The notes beneath the pieces were generated by a model. That model was not told the origin of the DNA. It did no database searches and saw only the letters and a list, made by a program, of their open reading frames with translations. A stretch of 63,176 nucleotides of DNA, counting the filler, from Nemertoderma westbladi (lineage: Eukaryota > Animalia > Xenacoelomorpha): NCBI GenBank assembly GCA_032718475.1. It is 3 parts of 3 records of this genome, joined end to end, with 100 filler letters (N's around TTAATTAATTAA, not from the genome) between each part and the next. Parts side by side here need not be neighbours in the genome. Positions count along the whole stretch, not along the records: positions 20,200 to 50,804 come from JAUCBJ010003737.1; 2 more parts are not named here. The stretch is one strand, 5' to 3'. Of the stretch, positions 25,141-39,900 are shown in pieces; the first letter of the stretch is position 1, and every line of letters begins with the position of its first letter. The position numbers and the translations under genes are program-made.

Positions 25141-28100
25141 TTTGACTTTGTAAGAACATGCCTTCTATATCTGAGGCGAAAGCAATGGAATATTGTCTTA
25201 ATCTTAATAGTATTCCCAACAAGGATTGGAGTAAGTTGGGTCCGGGTAACAATTCAGAATTAAGAGATTGGCCCATATAAAGGGCGGAACCGTCAAACAC
25301 CACTCGTACTTCATGGGGTTTACCGGGTTTGGGAACGTAATGGTGAGTTAAATAATACGTTCTCTCAGTTATAGGTGTTTCTTCCGGTACTAGCTCCGCA
25401 TATCCCTTGCTAATAAACTTCTTAAACTGCGTTTGATACATTTCTTTAGCTGAAGAATTTGCCGTAAGGCGTCGATGTAGTTGAGCAATTCTTTTCTCCG
25501 CCAAAGGTCTGTTGTTAATGAACTTTGGTTCTCGCTTTCGGAAAGGAAGTCCAATCTCATACCTACCTTGATCTTTAAGAAAATGAGTAGTTGTCGCTTG
25601 GATCTGCTTGGCTCTTTCTTCCTCCACCGATAGGGCCTTATCATAGGAGTTGGGCTCTATAGCCTCTTGAGTAAAGAATCTTACGGCGTGTTCATCCCGA
25701 GTCTTGGCATTATAACGTTCAATGACGTCATTAAGCTCGTCGTTATAGTCGTCTCGCTCTGATGGGAGAAGGAGTTGACATAAGTTCACTTGATTTTGCC
25801 AAGTCTCGCTTTCCTTAAGGAGATCGATGGCATTCTCCTCATCGAAGAGTTGATGTATATCGTCGTTGTCTGAGGAGTATGGAGTTCCCTCAGTTGGATC
25901 GTCTAACTCACTGTTCTCAACTTCCCATTCTCGCACTTGATATACCTGATCTTTCGGTAATCTTTCCATGAGAGTTCTACGGGAAGGGCCAGTAGAGTAC
26001 CAACCCACTCTAGTTCTTACCGCATAAGGTTGTAATGGTTGCGGTTGAGCGGGCCGTTTCTCCAATGTCTCGAGCGCTTCATGCGCGTTTTGACCGATGA
26101 GTATTTGCACTCCAGGGTAATCGGTGTCGAATCTAGGTATTTCCATCTGCTGGGTGAAATCGTCCTCGTCCCAGTTATAATGTTCCACTTGAGTGGTAGC
26201 GAAGTTCTTTATTGCCACCATTTTCACTGACCTTATGCTATGTTCTCCTAGTTCGTCCTGGGAGGTGGACAACGCACCTACATAATAATCCGCTGTTACT
26301 GTAGATTTCCAAACCTGCATAATTCCTGACATGTTTAGCTTAGTTCGGAACTTGGGTTGTCCAGCAAATATGTCTTCGGCTAGCTCTTTGTCGATGAATG
26401 TTCCTGTACTACCGGAGTCAAGGAGGGCGTTCACTACATAACTCCTTTTTGGTCCGTGGACCCTTACCTGTACCACAGCAAATTCTCTAATCCCTACATT
26501 GGAAGTTGGCGCTTTCCAAAATGGTTGTCGATCAGAAGTAGTTAGAGTGAGGTCACTTTCTGTATCTTTTTCATAAGTGAGTGCTCGATACACTGCGGTA
26601 TTTATCATGTAACAGGATTCGTTTTCGTCGGAGAACTCGTCCGTATAGAATCCTTCCATCTCAGATTGATCAGTGTCGTTCACATCACTGAATTGGACAT
26701 GTAGTTCGGAATCTCTTACCTGACTCGGACTATTTCGCTCGAATTCAGTGTGCAACAAGATATGATGTTTCGCACCGCACTTGGCACACCTTGTGTCAGA
26801 GTAACAGGTTCGACGTTGGTGTCCTTGTCTGAGGCAATTATAACACAACCACTTATCCCACATGACTTCCCGTCTCTCAGTTAATGATTTCTTTAGGAAT
26901 TCATCACACATATTCAAGCGATGGGTCCCATCACATAGCGCACATTTCGGTTTGATGTTACTTACCTTATTTTGAGTAACATTGTGCACACTTGTTTTTT
27001 CTTCGGGCTTTCTCACCTGAATTCTCTTGGGAGACGTAGGAGGAGTTTTTCTTACCTGTTCTCTCCTGTCATTGGTTCGAGACTTGAATTTACTTACCTG
27101 ATCTTTAGGCATTTTATTGACATAATAAGATCTGTCAGTGTCTTTCCCGCTATCCTCTCCTTGAGAAGTCTGGCTTTCGCCGTCGTCTGTATAACACACT
27201 GGTGTTACCTTTCTCCTAGAGACGGGTTTTTCACTTACCTTGTTTTCCGGTGTCTTCTCTCTGGACAGTTTTAGGAGCTGTAATTTCACTTCTCCATCTA
27301 GGAATGACATGAGATCAGCCATGGTAGGGTCTCGTCGTTGTTGTTCCATCATATATAACACTTTCTTATCCCAGCATGTACCTACTCCACCCTTCGGTAA
27401 AGTAGAAGCCACGGCTCCAATAACCATAGAACTCTGATATTCATGAGACTTACCTAACCAATCTAATTGTCTACAGATCTCTTGAATCTCATCGGAAAAC
27501 TCTATTATCCCGCTGCTAATGAACTTTCAGGGCGCTACTAATTTTGCATACAAATATTTAGCTATGTTATTCCTATTACCATACCTGATGTTTAGTGTAT
27601 CCCAAACTTGTCTTAATCCATCTGGATGTCCAATAAACTTTAACGCCATTAACTTGGGAGATCCTTCCAAGCACTCGATGAGGAATCTAAGTTTCTCTCC
27701 ATTAGATAGTACAGAGTTCTGTATGTTATCTTTATAATATTCATTAAAAGGTAACCATTTCATCTCATCTCCATTGAACTTGACTATCTCTCCCACCTTT
27801 ACCGCTTGCCGGGCTTCGGTTCTAGCCATTTGACGCGTAAAACTTTCTTGGGCCATCGTGTTATTTAATATCGAGTTATCGGTATATAAATTTCTCGGAT
27901 TATGATCAGGTCTATAGGGAATGTCATTATCAACAGGTCTATAATTACCCTTAATAGGGTTCACTATAGGAGTTTCTACTTCGCTAGCAGTATAGATGCG
28001 TGTAGGCTCCACACCTTGCGCATGAGATACTTCAGACCTAACAGGTTGACACATTGTTACAGGGGGTGGTGGTATACCCCTTTGTGTATTTACTAATTTA

Positions 28101-30128
28101 TCGCGTTCTAGCGCGATACTTTGCTGCACTTCTTGCAACTCTAACCTACTTTCCCTTACTGTGCCCTTGAATTGCTGAACGGTCTCCTGCATCTGCCCGA
28201 GCAGGAGATCCATCCCCCGTCGTCTCTCATCCACCCATTCGACCGCCGAAGCGGGATTCGCCAACGTTGTAGCGGGCGGACGAGGGACAACGGGCGACAA
28301 ATCATGAATATTTCGCTCGGAGTCCAGGACCTGAACTGTCTCATGGGCTGTTCTACTGGGCACAGGTAGCTTAGTGCTGTGCAGAGGGAATTTAGAGGTA
28401 GGTTCAGGGAGCACAGGTGTCTCTATCACCGAAGGGGTGATTTCAAGAACAGGCCTAATTATTACAAACTCATCTACTATAGTAGGGAGTCTTTCTATTT
28501 TAATTATTTGGTCTGTGGGTTCTGTACTACCTAAGTTGGTGTTATTTAGTTGCCTTCTAACAGCTGGAGGCAAATCAGGCAATTTCTGACGGTGTGATTT
28601 TCTTTTACGTCTGCTTATACGAGATCTATTTCCTTTGCCTTCAGTATCGGTGGTATCGCCTTCCTCAGATGATGTATATCCCTGTCTTTTGGGAGTAGAT
28701 CGACCCATCATCTGCATTTGACTAGCTGTTAACTGTTTATTTATGCAGTCTTGATTCTCCTGAATGTTTTCCAATTCTAGTTGGATGGTTTCTTCAGCCG
28801 CTCTCCGTTCTGCTTCTGCCACTGCCTCTGCAGCCTTTCTTTCCGCTTCGGCCTCTGCCGCTGCCGCCTTTCTTTCCGCTTCGGCCTCTGCCGCTGCCGC
28901 CTTTCTTTCCACTTCGGCCGCTTTTCTTTCAGCTTCTGCCGCTGCCACGGCTGCTGCTACTGCCACTGCCTTTCTGTCTTCTATACGTTTTTTCTTTACT
29001 TGTTCTTCTTGGACTCTAGTGACGCGGAGGCGTTCATCAAATTTAGCCTGGTTCGCAGCCCTCATTTCTACATCGATGGCATCCAACACACGCTGAGTTC
29101 CTTCGCTATTAGGGCTAAGTCCATCTAACCTTCTCCTCAACTCTTCATCTCCTAAAAAACGCTGATAGTCTGACAGATAGATGTCAATGGCATCCCTCTT
29201 ATGTGGTTTCTCTGCCGTCGCTTCACTTTCCACTTGGGAAAAAGTAGCGTCTGTTGATTCTCCATGGGTTGAGCGCTCTTCCAGCTGAGCTTTCTACTGA
29301 GCCGTTCCTTGAACCTGGAGACTCACCCGTTGAAACCAAGTCTTTACGGCAACTTGCAACGACGTGTCTTGTCTTCTTTTAGAAGCCTCCTCAAAGGCCG
29401 ATAAGCCTGATTCGCAGAATTCTTTCTCTAACTTGATAAAGCAGTTGTCCCTGCTCTTGAGGTCCTTGGGGTTGTTGAAACAGTTGTTATTTTAATCTCT
29501 CCATAGAGCTGAAGAATCCCTGTGCGTATCCGGCTGCGGACCTCTTCCACACAGCTGGATCGATGGTTTCCTTGGCTACTCCCATCCGGTGTATGTCTTC
29601 CCAGGCAGCTTCTGATAAATCAAACGGGAGTCCGGGTCTGGGGAAGTTCCATTGCGACTCGACAATAGACTTCAGTTCTTCCCTTGTGTATCCCGCATAA
29701 CTATCTTTAGTTGATCGCTGACTTCTCGCCCAATCGATCTGGTGTTCTTCCACCGCAATCAATAACCTAGTGAGTACGGCTGCAGGAAGGATGAGAAGGG
29801 GATCCGAATAAACCGCATCCGTCATCTTTGCTCCGCGCTCGGGTGTCAGCTCTACAGTATCCTCACTACTGGAGCTGTCGGGCCGCTGAGGAATAAATTC
29901 TTGGCTCGCGGGTTGTTGCTGTTCCGCTGCTTCTTGGTCCCACTTGACCTGAGCTCGAGTGCCTATGATAGACCTACGATGTTGGACCAGCCTAGGTTCT
30001 GATATTACTACAGGAGGGATGACCTTCCTCACAGTGGGAGGTGAAATGAACTTGATGCCGCAGCAGATGGTTACATCTAATAAACTGTCTGACAGGTTCT
30101 GCTTAGTATCAGACATGTTTGTTTGCAC
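25141..30128 (-). mobile_element. BEL/Pao gag-pol, copy B (tandem duplicate of A, retains gag N-terminus)
   Basis: Near-identical to copy A at an offset of about 4552 bp. Has its own stops (27527, 29487) and a small deletion near 29404. Confidence 0.93.
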
Positions 30129-30249
30129 AGTTGAATGCCTACTGCTATATTACAGTCTAAGCAAGTCTAGTAATTCAGCATTAACTGCTAGCCTAGTAAT
30201 TAATTACCGATACTGCTACTCAGTGTAGCGTGATATATATATAATATTA

Positions 30250-30500
30250 GAATACCGGTATGCTTATAGTATATATAAGTATTATTAGTAACTAGAATTA
30301 ATTACAGAATACCGGTATGATTTCAGCCTAAATTTATATATATAATAGGCCTATCGTGAATACCGGTATACAGCTTACACTTATAATGTATATATATAAG
30401 TATAATTACAGACTAGAATTAATTACAGAATACCGGTATGATTTCAGCCTAAAATTTATAGAAATAAATATAATAAGCCTATTGTAAATACCGGTATGTC
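30250..30500. repeat. AT-rich tandem repeat, about 120-bp unit, upstream of BEL gag
   Basis: actagaattaattacagaataccggtatgatttcagcctaaa occurs twice; aataccggtat occurs five times. Confidence 0.75.
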
Positions 30501-31449
30501 AATTATTTTAGAATAATTGAATTTCGGAAATTTAAGGGTTACTTGGTTACTTTAACTTACTTTATTACCGTTATTTAAGCAGTAGTCCAACTGATATTGA
30601 GACCTAATTGTTGTATGGCAGGCCTACTATTTATAAATCGTTTGAGTTGATTTATAATATATATATACCCGTTGAAATAGGTTTTGTCAATGTTTGAAAT
30701 AAATGTTATTATTTCTGGGGGGAGTCACTACACAGAAGCTGTGCGCTCTCAATGAAGTGCTACTTGTTGGACACTAAAACAAATAATTCTAATTTACCTA
30801 AGTTACTTATTACTACTAATTACGTACAATCTGGGTGAGATTACAATCTCTAAATAAACACAAAAAATTACAAATACGAATTTTTAGGGTAATTTTACAG
30901 GGAATCTACAAACCAGTCTAACAAAGGGTTAGAATATCTGGTTATTACAAAGGACAGGTTACTACAGTATTTGAAAATAATAAGTAGTAGTAAATATACT
31001 GCGTTGTCCAGATAGGAAAATACCACCGCCTGACGACCTATAACCGTATCGCTATAGGTACTACGTTATGTATCACGGAGTGTTCCTACCTAGAGATTAA
31101 TTACCGCGGTCTACCAGAACCAATGTGCCTATTAACCACTTTACAACACAAATATACTGCCCACACACTAATCACCTTCGGAAAGTACTGTACACTAAAC
31201 CCTAAATTAGGTACAAGTACTTGTACAACAAATAATTAGTAGTTAAAAATACTTGAACAGCTAAAAGAACCACGGTATCTGCCGGAGTGACCAAAGCATA
31301 AAATCTCCAGTCTTTACCTACGCCGAGCAGCCCTGATGTAGTACCGGGGTTAGTTTAACTATAACGGTATGTATAACAAGCACAATTACTGTAGGAATAA
31401 AATTGGGGATATGAATGTTGCGAATAATCGCATAAACTCTGAAGAATAA

Positions 31450-32020
31450 ATATTACGCTACGCGTACAAATTACTCAAACAAATGCCGACTAAATACTGA
31501 CAGACTACTATCAGGCCTAAACAAACTACGGTATGTGCAGATTCCGAAATGGTTAGTTAGTATGCGTTCTAACCTAGTAGTACGACTTATTCTTTCACAG
31601 GGGGTTTACCTCACAGCATTTGAAGCCCCTACGTTCCCAACTAGCACTTTATCGGACAGGTGCTCTACACACACCGAAATTTCCTCAAACCCAACAACAG
31701 CCAGACAACTATCCAGCCTACAAATTATCTAAATAAAATTATACGCTACCCGTACAGACTACACAAACTAAGTACAGGCCAAACGATGGCAGACTACTAT
31801 CAAGCCTAAATAAACTACAGTATATGCAGACTCCGAAATGATTAGTTAGTATGCGTTCTAACCCAGTAGTACGACTTATTCTTTCACAGGGGGTTTACCT
31901 CACAGCACTTGAAGCCCCTACTTTCCTAACTAGCACTTTATCGGACAGATGCTCTACACACACTGCAATACGTTCAGACTTAACACAGTAAGACAACAGT
32001 CAAGCCTACAAATTATCTGT
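31450..32020. repeat. Tandem duplication, about 290-bp unit, 2 copies
   Basis: cagactactatca...gtttacctcacagca...ctctacacacac at 31501 and again at 31790. Confidence 0.85.
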
Positions 32021-33784
32021 ACACTCTGAGCAGGCTTACACGCCTTCTGCTCAATACTGGCCTACAAACAAATAAAACTTGACAGAAATAAGTAAAATCT
32101 CAATAAAAAACCAGGGCTGCAGTCCCTGATTAATTATTAAGGCCTACCGGTATATAATTATCAAAATCGAATAATACTGCTGTACCTATACTGTAAGTAC
32201 CGGTTCGGGTGATCAGGCAGTCAGGCCTACAGGTTTCCAGTCGACCGGTACTTTCGACTTGATTGCTTACGCCGCAATCCAGAAGCAATTGTTTGCGCTT
32301 TTAAGACCTTTGACAGTTTAACCTGCCAAATTAGGATGTCTTTTAGATGATAGATAGTCTTTAGCCTATGACGAGTATTTGATACACTACATTAGCCGAA
32401 GCCAGTCTATGCGCAATCATTCACCCGCTGGATATACCCGGGAGACTGAATTCGGAAGCTTAATGATTGATGGTGTAAGCCTACTGTATTATTCGACTGA
32501 TCGTAATATATAATCTCTGAAAAATATTATTCACTTTCGGGAAATATTAACAGTTCCTTTAGGACGTGGCGCTCTAAATATGTAAACAGAGTTATGACTT
32601 AAACTAGACACAACGAAATGGCTATAGATTCGTGTATATGGCGCATTCTTTAGGAGATGCTTTGTTATCAGTTACAATCATACACAATGCTGCACAATAC
32701 TGCACACTAATCTGCCGACCTTCACTAAATTTAGTCACGTATAAAGAGAGCAACATACAATTTATGTCGGGCCTATGAAATAGCATTAGATTCACTTCAA
32801 ACCACTTAACATAGGTCGCAATCGTTTATATGTAACCGGTCTCTCTAACCTTTAGTATATCAAGAAGATTGGGGTGTCTGACTATTGATCAGTATTCCGA
32901 TATAATATTTCATCAACAAATATAATGAATAACCGACAGTAAAAGCAGTAAGGTTAAGGTATAAATGATTATTAAGTGAGTATGAGTTAAGTGAGTCGAG
33001 TTGTTTTGGTTTGTTATGATGCGATAACAGATATACACTCTATAATTAAGCCTACTAATGTTAAGCTAAAGACTGAAACACGGAGGTGCCAAAAGCCGGT
33101 GTTCTTAGGCTCTGGGCAAAAACATAACACTGAATTCCTGAGTTTCTGTATCCAACCTCCAACACAGAGTCAAAAAACGCTCTGATTGGTCGACCGTACA
33201 AAGAGAGAACAAAGAACAAAGAAATGTTCGACGTGGCAATATCAGCTGTTAGCCGTCGTCATGGTAGCGACACTGTTTTCAAGAGGATCCAGCTTATTGC
33301 GTCACGAGATTGCGGATTATGTCCTCTAAAGTACAAATACAGAAGAAATGACTTTTATGTCCTCTAAAACACCAGTACAGTAAGGACACGGCCTTTTTAT
33401 GCCTGGTAAACCAACTACAGAGTACTTTATGGGAAAATAACAGGTTAATTACGCAAAAGCTTTTACACTAAGCTCGCTTACTTTCGTGGCTCGCCTCATT
33501 TAATTATTTATTTATTTATTGACTAAATGGGGTAAATAATAATAATGAAAGTACAATAATAACGCCACAGGAAAGCCATTAAGTCCAGCAAAAAATATAC
33601 AATTTAAAGTGACACGAAACAGACAGAATAGATAATATAATACATTTCATCAAAGTACTGTAGAAGGAAAAACTAAATAAATGGCTTTATTCAGAATGAA
33701 TACCTATATAAACAAAACTATAAATAACTATGCGTAAACATAGAGGTCACTGGTACACAAATTAAGTATATAACAAACAAACTC

Positions 33785-33952
33785 TTCAATTAAGCCGAGA
33801 ACGAGTACAAAATAACGTATTATACAGTAGAGTGTCAAATACAATAAATAGCGAGAACAAATATCAATAAGCCGGGAATGAGTACAAAAATAACGTATTA
33901 CTGTACGGGGTAGTGTCAAATACAATAATTAGCGATATCATAAATCAATAAG
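33785..33952. repeat. About 80-bp tandem repeat, 2 copies
   Basis: taagccg.gaa.gagtacaaaa(a)taacgtatta...gtgtcaaatacaataa.tagcga occurs twice. Confidence 0.7.
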
Positions 33953-33953
33953 T

Positions 33954-36900
33954 TGGTGGATAATACGATGGCTCAAGAATGTTTTAAACGTCAGATGGCT
34001 AGAACTGAAGCCCGTCAAGCGGTAAAAGTGGGAGAGGTCATCAGGTTTAATGGAGATGAGATGAAATGGTTACCTTTTAATGAATATTACAAAGATAACA
34101 TACAGAACTCCGTACTATCTAATGGAGAGAAACTACGATTCCTCATCGAGTGCTTGGAAGGACCTCCCAAGTTAATGGCATAAAGTTTATTGGACATCCA
34201 GACAGATTGAGACAAGTTTGGGATACTCTAAACATCAGGTATGGTAATAGGACTAACATAGCTAGATATCTGTATGCGAAATTAGTAGTGCACCGAAAGT
34301 TTCTTAGCAGCGGGATTATAGAGTTTTCCGATGAGATTCAGGAGATCTGTAGACAGCTAGACTGGTTGGGTAAGTCTCAGGAATACCAGAGTTCTATGGT
34401 TGTAGGAGCCGTAGCATCAACTTTGCCAAAGGGTGGAGTAGGTACTCGCTATGACAAAAAGGTTCTCTATCTGATGGACCAACAACATAGAGACCCTACC
34501 ATGGCTGATCTCATGTCGTTCTTAAACGGAGAGGTAAGATTACAGCTCATAAAACAGTCTAGAGAGAATACACCGGAAAGTAAGGTAAGTGAAAACCCGT
34601 TACTAGGAGAAAGGTAACACCAGTGTGTTATACAGATGAATACGAAAGCCAAACGTCATATGACGAGAACAGTGGCAAGGACACCGAGAGATCTTACTAC
34701 ATAAACAAAATCAGGAAAGACTTAAGTAAATCTAAGTCTCTAACCAGTGACAAGAGAGAACAGGTAACAACTCCCCCTACGTCTCCTAAGAGAATTCATG
34801 GAAGGAAGCCCGAAGAAAGAGCTAGCGTACACAATACGATGCAGGTCTTATCCTGCGTAAGGTAAGTAACATCAAACCTAAGTGTGTATTGTGCGACGGG
34901 CCTCAACGCTTGAGTGGGTGTGAAGAATTCTTAAAGAAAACATTGAAGGATAGACGTGATGTCATGTGGGATAAACGGTTGTGCTATAACTGCCTCAGGC
35001 GAGGACATCAACGAAGAACCTGTTACTCAGACGCGAGGTGTGCTATGTGCGGCTCGAAACATCATATTTTGCTGCACACCGAATTTGACCCGCCCGAACT
35101 ACATGTCCAATTCTGTGATGTGAACGACACTGCCGACCACAGTTTGGAGATGGAAGGATTCTACACCGATGAATTTTCAGACGAAAATTAATCCTGTTAT
35201 ATGATCAACACAACCGTATATCAAGCACTTACATATGAGACCGAAACGGAGGGAGAAGAACCCCGATCGACAGCTCTCTTGGAAAGCGCCAACATCATCT
35301 GTCAGTATCCGAGAGTTTCCCGTGGTGCAACTAAGGGTGCATGGAATAGGGAAGAGCTTAATAGTGAAGCCCTCCTTGACTCCGGCAGTACAGGCACCTT
35401 TATAGACAAAGACCTAGCCGAAGATACAGTACAGGCCACCAGAAAACGCAGATTTGTACAATTGTGAACACATTTTATCAAATGTGTACCAGTGTAATGT
35501 AATGTTGTTGAACGGGACAATTGAACATAATTGAACATAATTGAATTGGCAACAACCAAAATTTTTTCGCCAAAGGATACAATTGAATACTTTTGAAACG
35601 CTTAGTAATCTGGAAACTCTCTGTAGTTTGCCGCGAACTGTCACTCACTGCAGCTGGAAATGCGATAAGGATTTTGTTTACCTTTATAGTGTGCGGTTAA
35701 TAGTGTCTAGTAGGCAGGCCTATAGTTAGTGATGTTAAGGCATCTTCTGGTGTTTCTCTGTGCCCTCTCGGTGTCAGACTAATGGCGCGACATCTCCCTG
35801 CACTAAATTAATTATTCAATGGTCTAGGCTCCTCCATCCATATACCCATCCACTCCCATACACTCCATGAACCTCCATGTGGTCTTGTATGTAGTTCTCT
35901 CTCTACCAATACAGCCCATGTCCGCAATGTTACGCCCTGGGGGCTCTCTCATCTACCTGATATCAGACATACAGGTGCACCGAACACAAAGCCTTTGTCG
36001 GTCCCAGCAAGTTAGCCTCCTGCTGTGTGATCTAGAAGATAACTCGCCATAACCTGCCAATCAGATGACTTGAACAAATGTGTTCACATGTGATCACATT
36101 GGAAGAAATCTGCTTTTTCTGGTGGCCTGTACTGTATCTTTGCTGGTCAACCTAAGTTCCAAACCAAACTGAACCTTTCCGTAATTATGCAGGTTTGGAA
36201 ATCCATGGTATCCACCGATTACTACGTAGGTTCGTTGTCCACTCCCCAGGATGAACTAGGTGAAAATAGTGTAAGGTCAGTTAAGATGGTGGCGATAAAG
36301 AACTTTGCTACTAGCCAAGTGGAGCCTTACAACTGGGATGAAGATCATTTTACCCAGCAATACAACATACCTAGATTCAGTACCGATTATCCAGGGGTAC
36401 AGATATTACTCGGACAAAATGCGCACGAGGCGCTTGAGACAATAGAAAAACGGCCTACTCGACCGTGACCACTCCAGACTTACGCGGGAAGAACAAGAGT
36501 AGGTTGGTACTTCACTGGACCTTCCCACAGGACTTTACAAGAAAGACTCCCGAGCGAACAAGTCCATCAGGTAAATAAATGGGAGGAAGATATAAGTGAA
36601 GAAGAAATCCCAGCTGAGGAAACCCCATACTCCTCAGATAACGACGATATACATAATTTATATGAGGAGGAAAATACAATTGAACTCCTCACTGAGAACC
36701 AAACTTGGTTAAACCAAGTTAACTTGTGTAACATTATCAGTCAAAATAGCGAACAATTGACTTATGATGATGAATTAAATGAAGTGGTAGAGCGGTACAA
36801 TAGTAAATGATGCGATGTAAACGCCGTATGATTCTTTACTCAAGAAGCCGTAGAGCCTAATTCCTACGACAAAGCGTTATTGGTCGAGGAAGAGAGAGCC

Positions 36901-39900
36901 AAGCAGATTCAGGAAATGACCACACGTTATCTGAAAGATGAAGGTCGTTATGAGATTGGTCTGCCATTCCGATGGAGAGAACCCAGCTTCGTGAATAACC
37001 GACCTTTAGCGGAAAAAAGAATCGCGTAACTGCATCGGCGTTTGACAGCTAACGATCGAACCAAGGAAATGTATAAAACTCAATTAAAGAAGTTTATAGA
37101 CAAGGGATACGCGGAGCAAGTTCCGGAAGAAACACCCATAATGGAGAGAACGTAATATTTGACACATCATTACATTCCCAAGCCCGGTAAACCAAACGAA
37201 GTCCGGGTAGTGTTTGACGGCTCCGCCCTTTATATGGGACAATCCCTAAATTCCGAACTGTTGCCGGGACCCAACTTACTTCAATCTTTGTTGGGAATAT
37301 TACTACAACTGCGGCAATATTCGATCTCCTTTGCTTCGGACATCGAAGGCATGTTTCTACAAGTTAAAGCGTTAACTAGGGATCGAGACAGTCTACGATT
37401 TCTGTGGTGTTCCTGAAGGAGACCTCAACCGAAAACTGGTAGAGTACTGGATGACAATCCTGGCTTTTGGGATCATGTCGAGCCCCTCGAACGCTTGTTC
37501 AGTAGTGCGTACCACTGCCAATGACAACAGAGACGCCTTCTCTAAAGCGGTTATCGACAACATCAAACGGGATATTTACATGGACGACAATTTAAAGTCC
37601 CTCCCATCGGTGGAAGAAGCAATCGATGTTGCCAAGGGAAAGGTAGAGTGCTTACAACGCGGTGGAATTCGACTAACCAAATTCACTAGTAACTCTCCCG
37701 TGAGTTCCTGGAATCGATCCCAGTAGAAGACCGAGGTGTTAAAGATCTTGACCTCATTAAGGATGATCTTCCAGAAACCAAAACTCTTGGATTAAAATGG
37801 GACATGTAGAGAGATATCCTATTATTTCAATTGAAGCAATGAGATAATCCAGTTAGAACTAAACGGATTTGTCTAAGTATCCTGAGCACTTATTTCGATC
37901 AGTTGGGATTCATTAGCCCAGTCATACTAGTTGCTCGGAGCTTAGTACAACAAATGTGGCTCGAACACCACTCGTGGGATGATCCACTCAAGGGAGAACT
38001 GCTAAAGAAGTGGATGAAATGGGAAGATTCTTTACCATCTATCAAGAACTTTAAGATTTCCCACTCGTATTTCGGTCACGTTCTCCCCACATATTCCTAT
38101 CAACTCCATGTTTTTGGAGACGCCAGCGATATTGGAATAGGTATAGTAGCCTACCTGAGGGTTGAAACTCCCGATGGAATTAAGGTTTCATTAGTCGCCT
38201 CTAAGGCCCTAATAAACAATAAACTACGAGTTCCCAGAGCGGAGTTAAAGGCAGCTCTATACGCTACAGCCATCTGCCGGAATGTAATGGAACAGATCGA
38301 CTATCCACTAGAGAAAACTGTCCATTGGACTGATGCTTTACTCGTTCTGGAGTATATAACTAATGAAGTCTGTCAGTTCAGCGTCTTTGTTACCAAGAGA
38401 GTAGCCATTATACTCAGTCGCTCTAATATAGATCAATGGAGACATTGCCCTGGGACGATTAATCCAGCTGACATCGCTTCCATAGGAGCAACTCCTCAAG
38501 AATTGATAGATACTCCAGACTGGTTAGGTGGACCCGACTTCCTGAGTAAAGAAGAGGAGGAATGGCCCCATCATCTCACCACGGCGGAGATCAGACAAAC
38601 CAAGGGAGCGGAGAAAGTCAAACCGAAAACCTGGACGATTAAATCAAAGCTGTTTAAGCCAGCGATAGATCTGTCTGTACTACACACTGCCGGTGACGCC
38701 ACTGTGGATCTAAACTCACCCATGAATGTTACTCAAACTATAAATAAATCCGTTATAGAAATCAGGGAAAGAGACTGGAAATCTGGAACACCAGACGTCT
38801 TGCAAGGAATCTCTCCTCTCCTACAAAGAGCGATAGATCATTATAGCTCCTGGAATCGGCTTTGCAAGGCCATTGTGTATCTGAAAAGATGTTTCTATCA
38901 TCACTATTCCAGGATGAAGATCGCTAATGATACCGCTCCAGTAGTAGCTGAAAAGGTCCATGCTACTAAAGACCTTCCCACATATAGAGTGCCTAATAGG
39001 TTTCTGACTGAGAAGATCAGTTACCAAGAACATGATGATACCAACAAGCAGATACTGAGACACCTGCAATGTTACGAGGATTCCGATAAGTATTTCCTGT
39101 TGTTGAGAAATCCACAGATGTGCTTAAGGGATCGTTTCACTAGCACAATGATAGATGGGTTAATATGTGGCGGAGGGAGATTAACCAATGCTCCATTGTC
39201 CTTTGACACTAAGTTTCCCATACTCATTAGAAATCTTGAAATACAAATCAAGATGATTGTAGATGTTCACAGTAAGCTTTACCATGCTAGTAGAGAACAA
39301 GTTCTTAGCGAAATTCGAACTCGCTATTATTTCCATAAGCCCCGTAGAGCTCTAAACCAAGTTCTTAGGAACTGTATACCCTGTAGGAAAGCATTCAGTA
39401 GGCCTTTAACACAGCGAGAGGCAGAATTACCTAGGGAACGAGTAAGCTGTTATGAACCACCCTTTACTAATACTGGTGTGGATTTATTCGGCCCTATTGA
39501 AGTATATCGTGCTAGGACTATAGTCAAGCGATGGTGCGTCATCTTTGTTTGTATGACTTGTAGAGCGATCCATCTAGATATGGTGAACGATCTATCTACC
39601 AACAGCTTCATACTGAGTTTACGCCGACAAATCGCTCATTTTGGAACTAGTAACACTATGAGATCTGACAAAGGAACTAATTTCATTGGCGCCAATAACG
39701 AGATCAAAGCTTACGTGAAGGATTGGAACCAAAGACAGGTGGACGATCAGCTAAGAGTAACAGCATCTAGCTGGACCTTCAACGCCGCCGACGCCCCTTG
39801 GTGGGGAGGAAGTTGGGAGAGACTCATACGTAGCGTAAAGACCGCGTTTCACTTTATAGTGCCGTGCCACGCGTATCTCACCGACGAACTTTTGCGGACG

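Noticed and set aside
31100-31130. Possible LTR end and primer-binding site (CA-t-TGGTTCTGG on the minus strand) for BEL copy B
   Set aside because: Does not match a tRNA 3' end I recognise and shows no similarity to the putative LTR at 40499.
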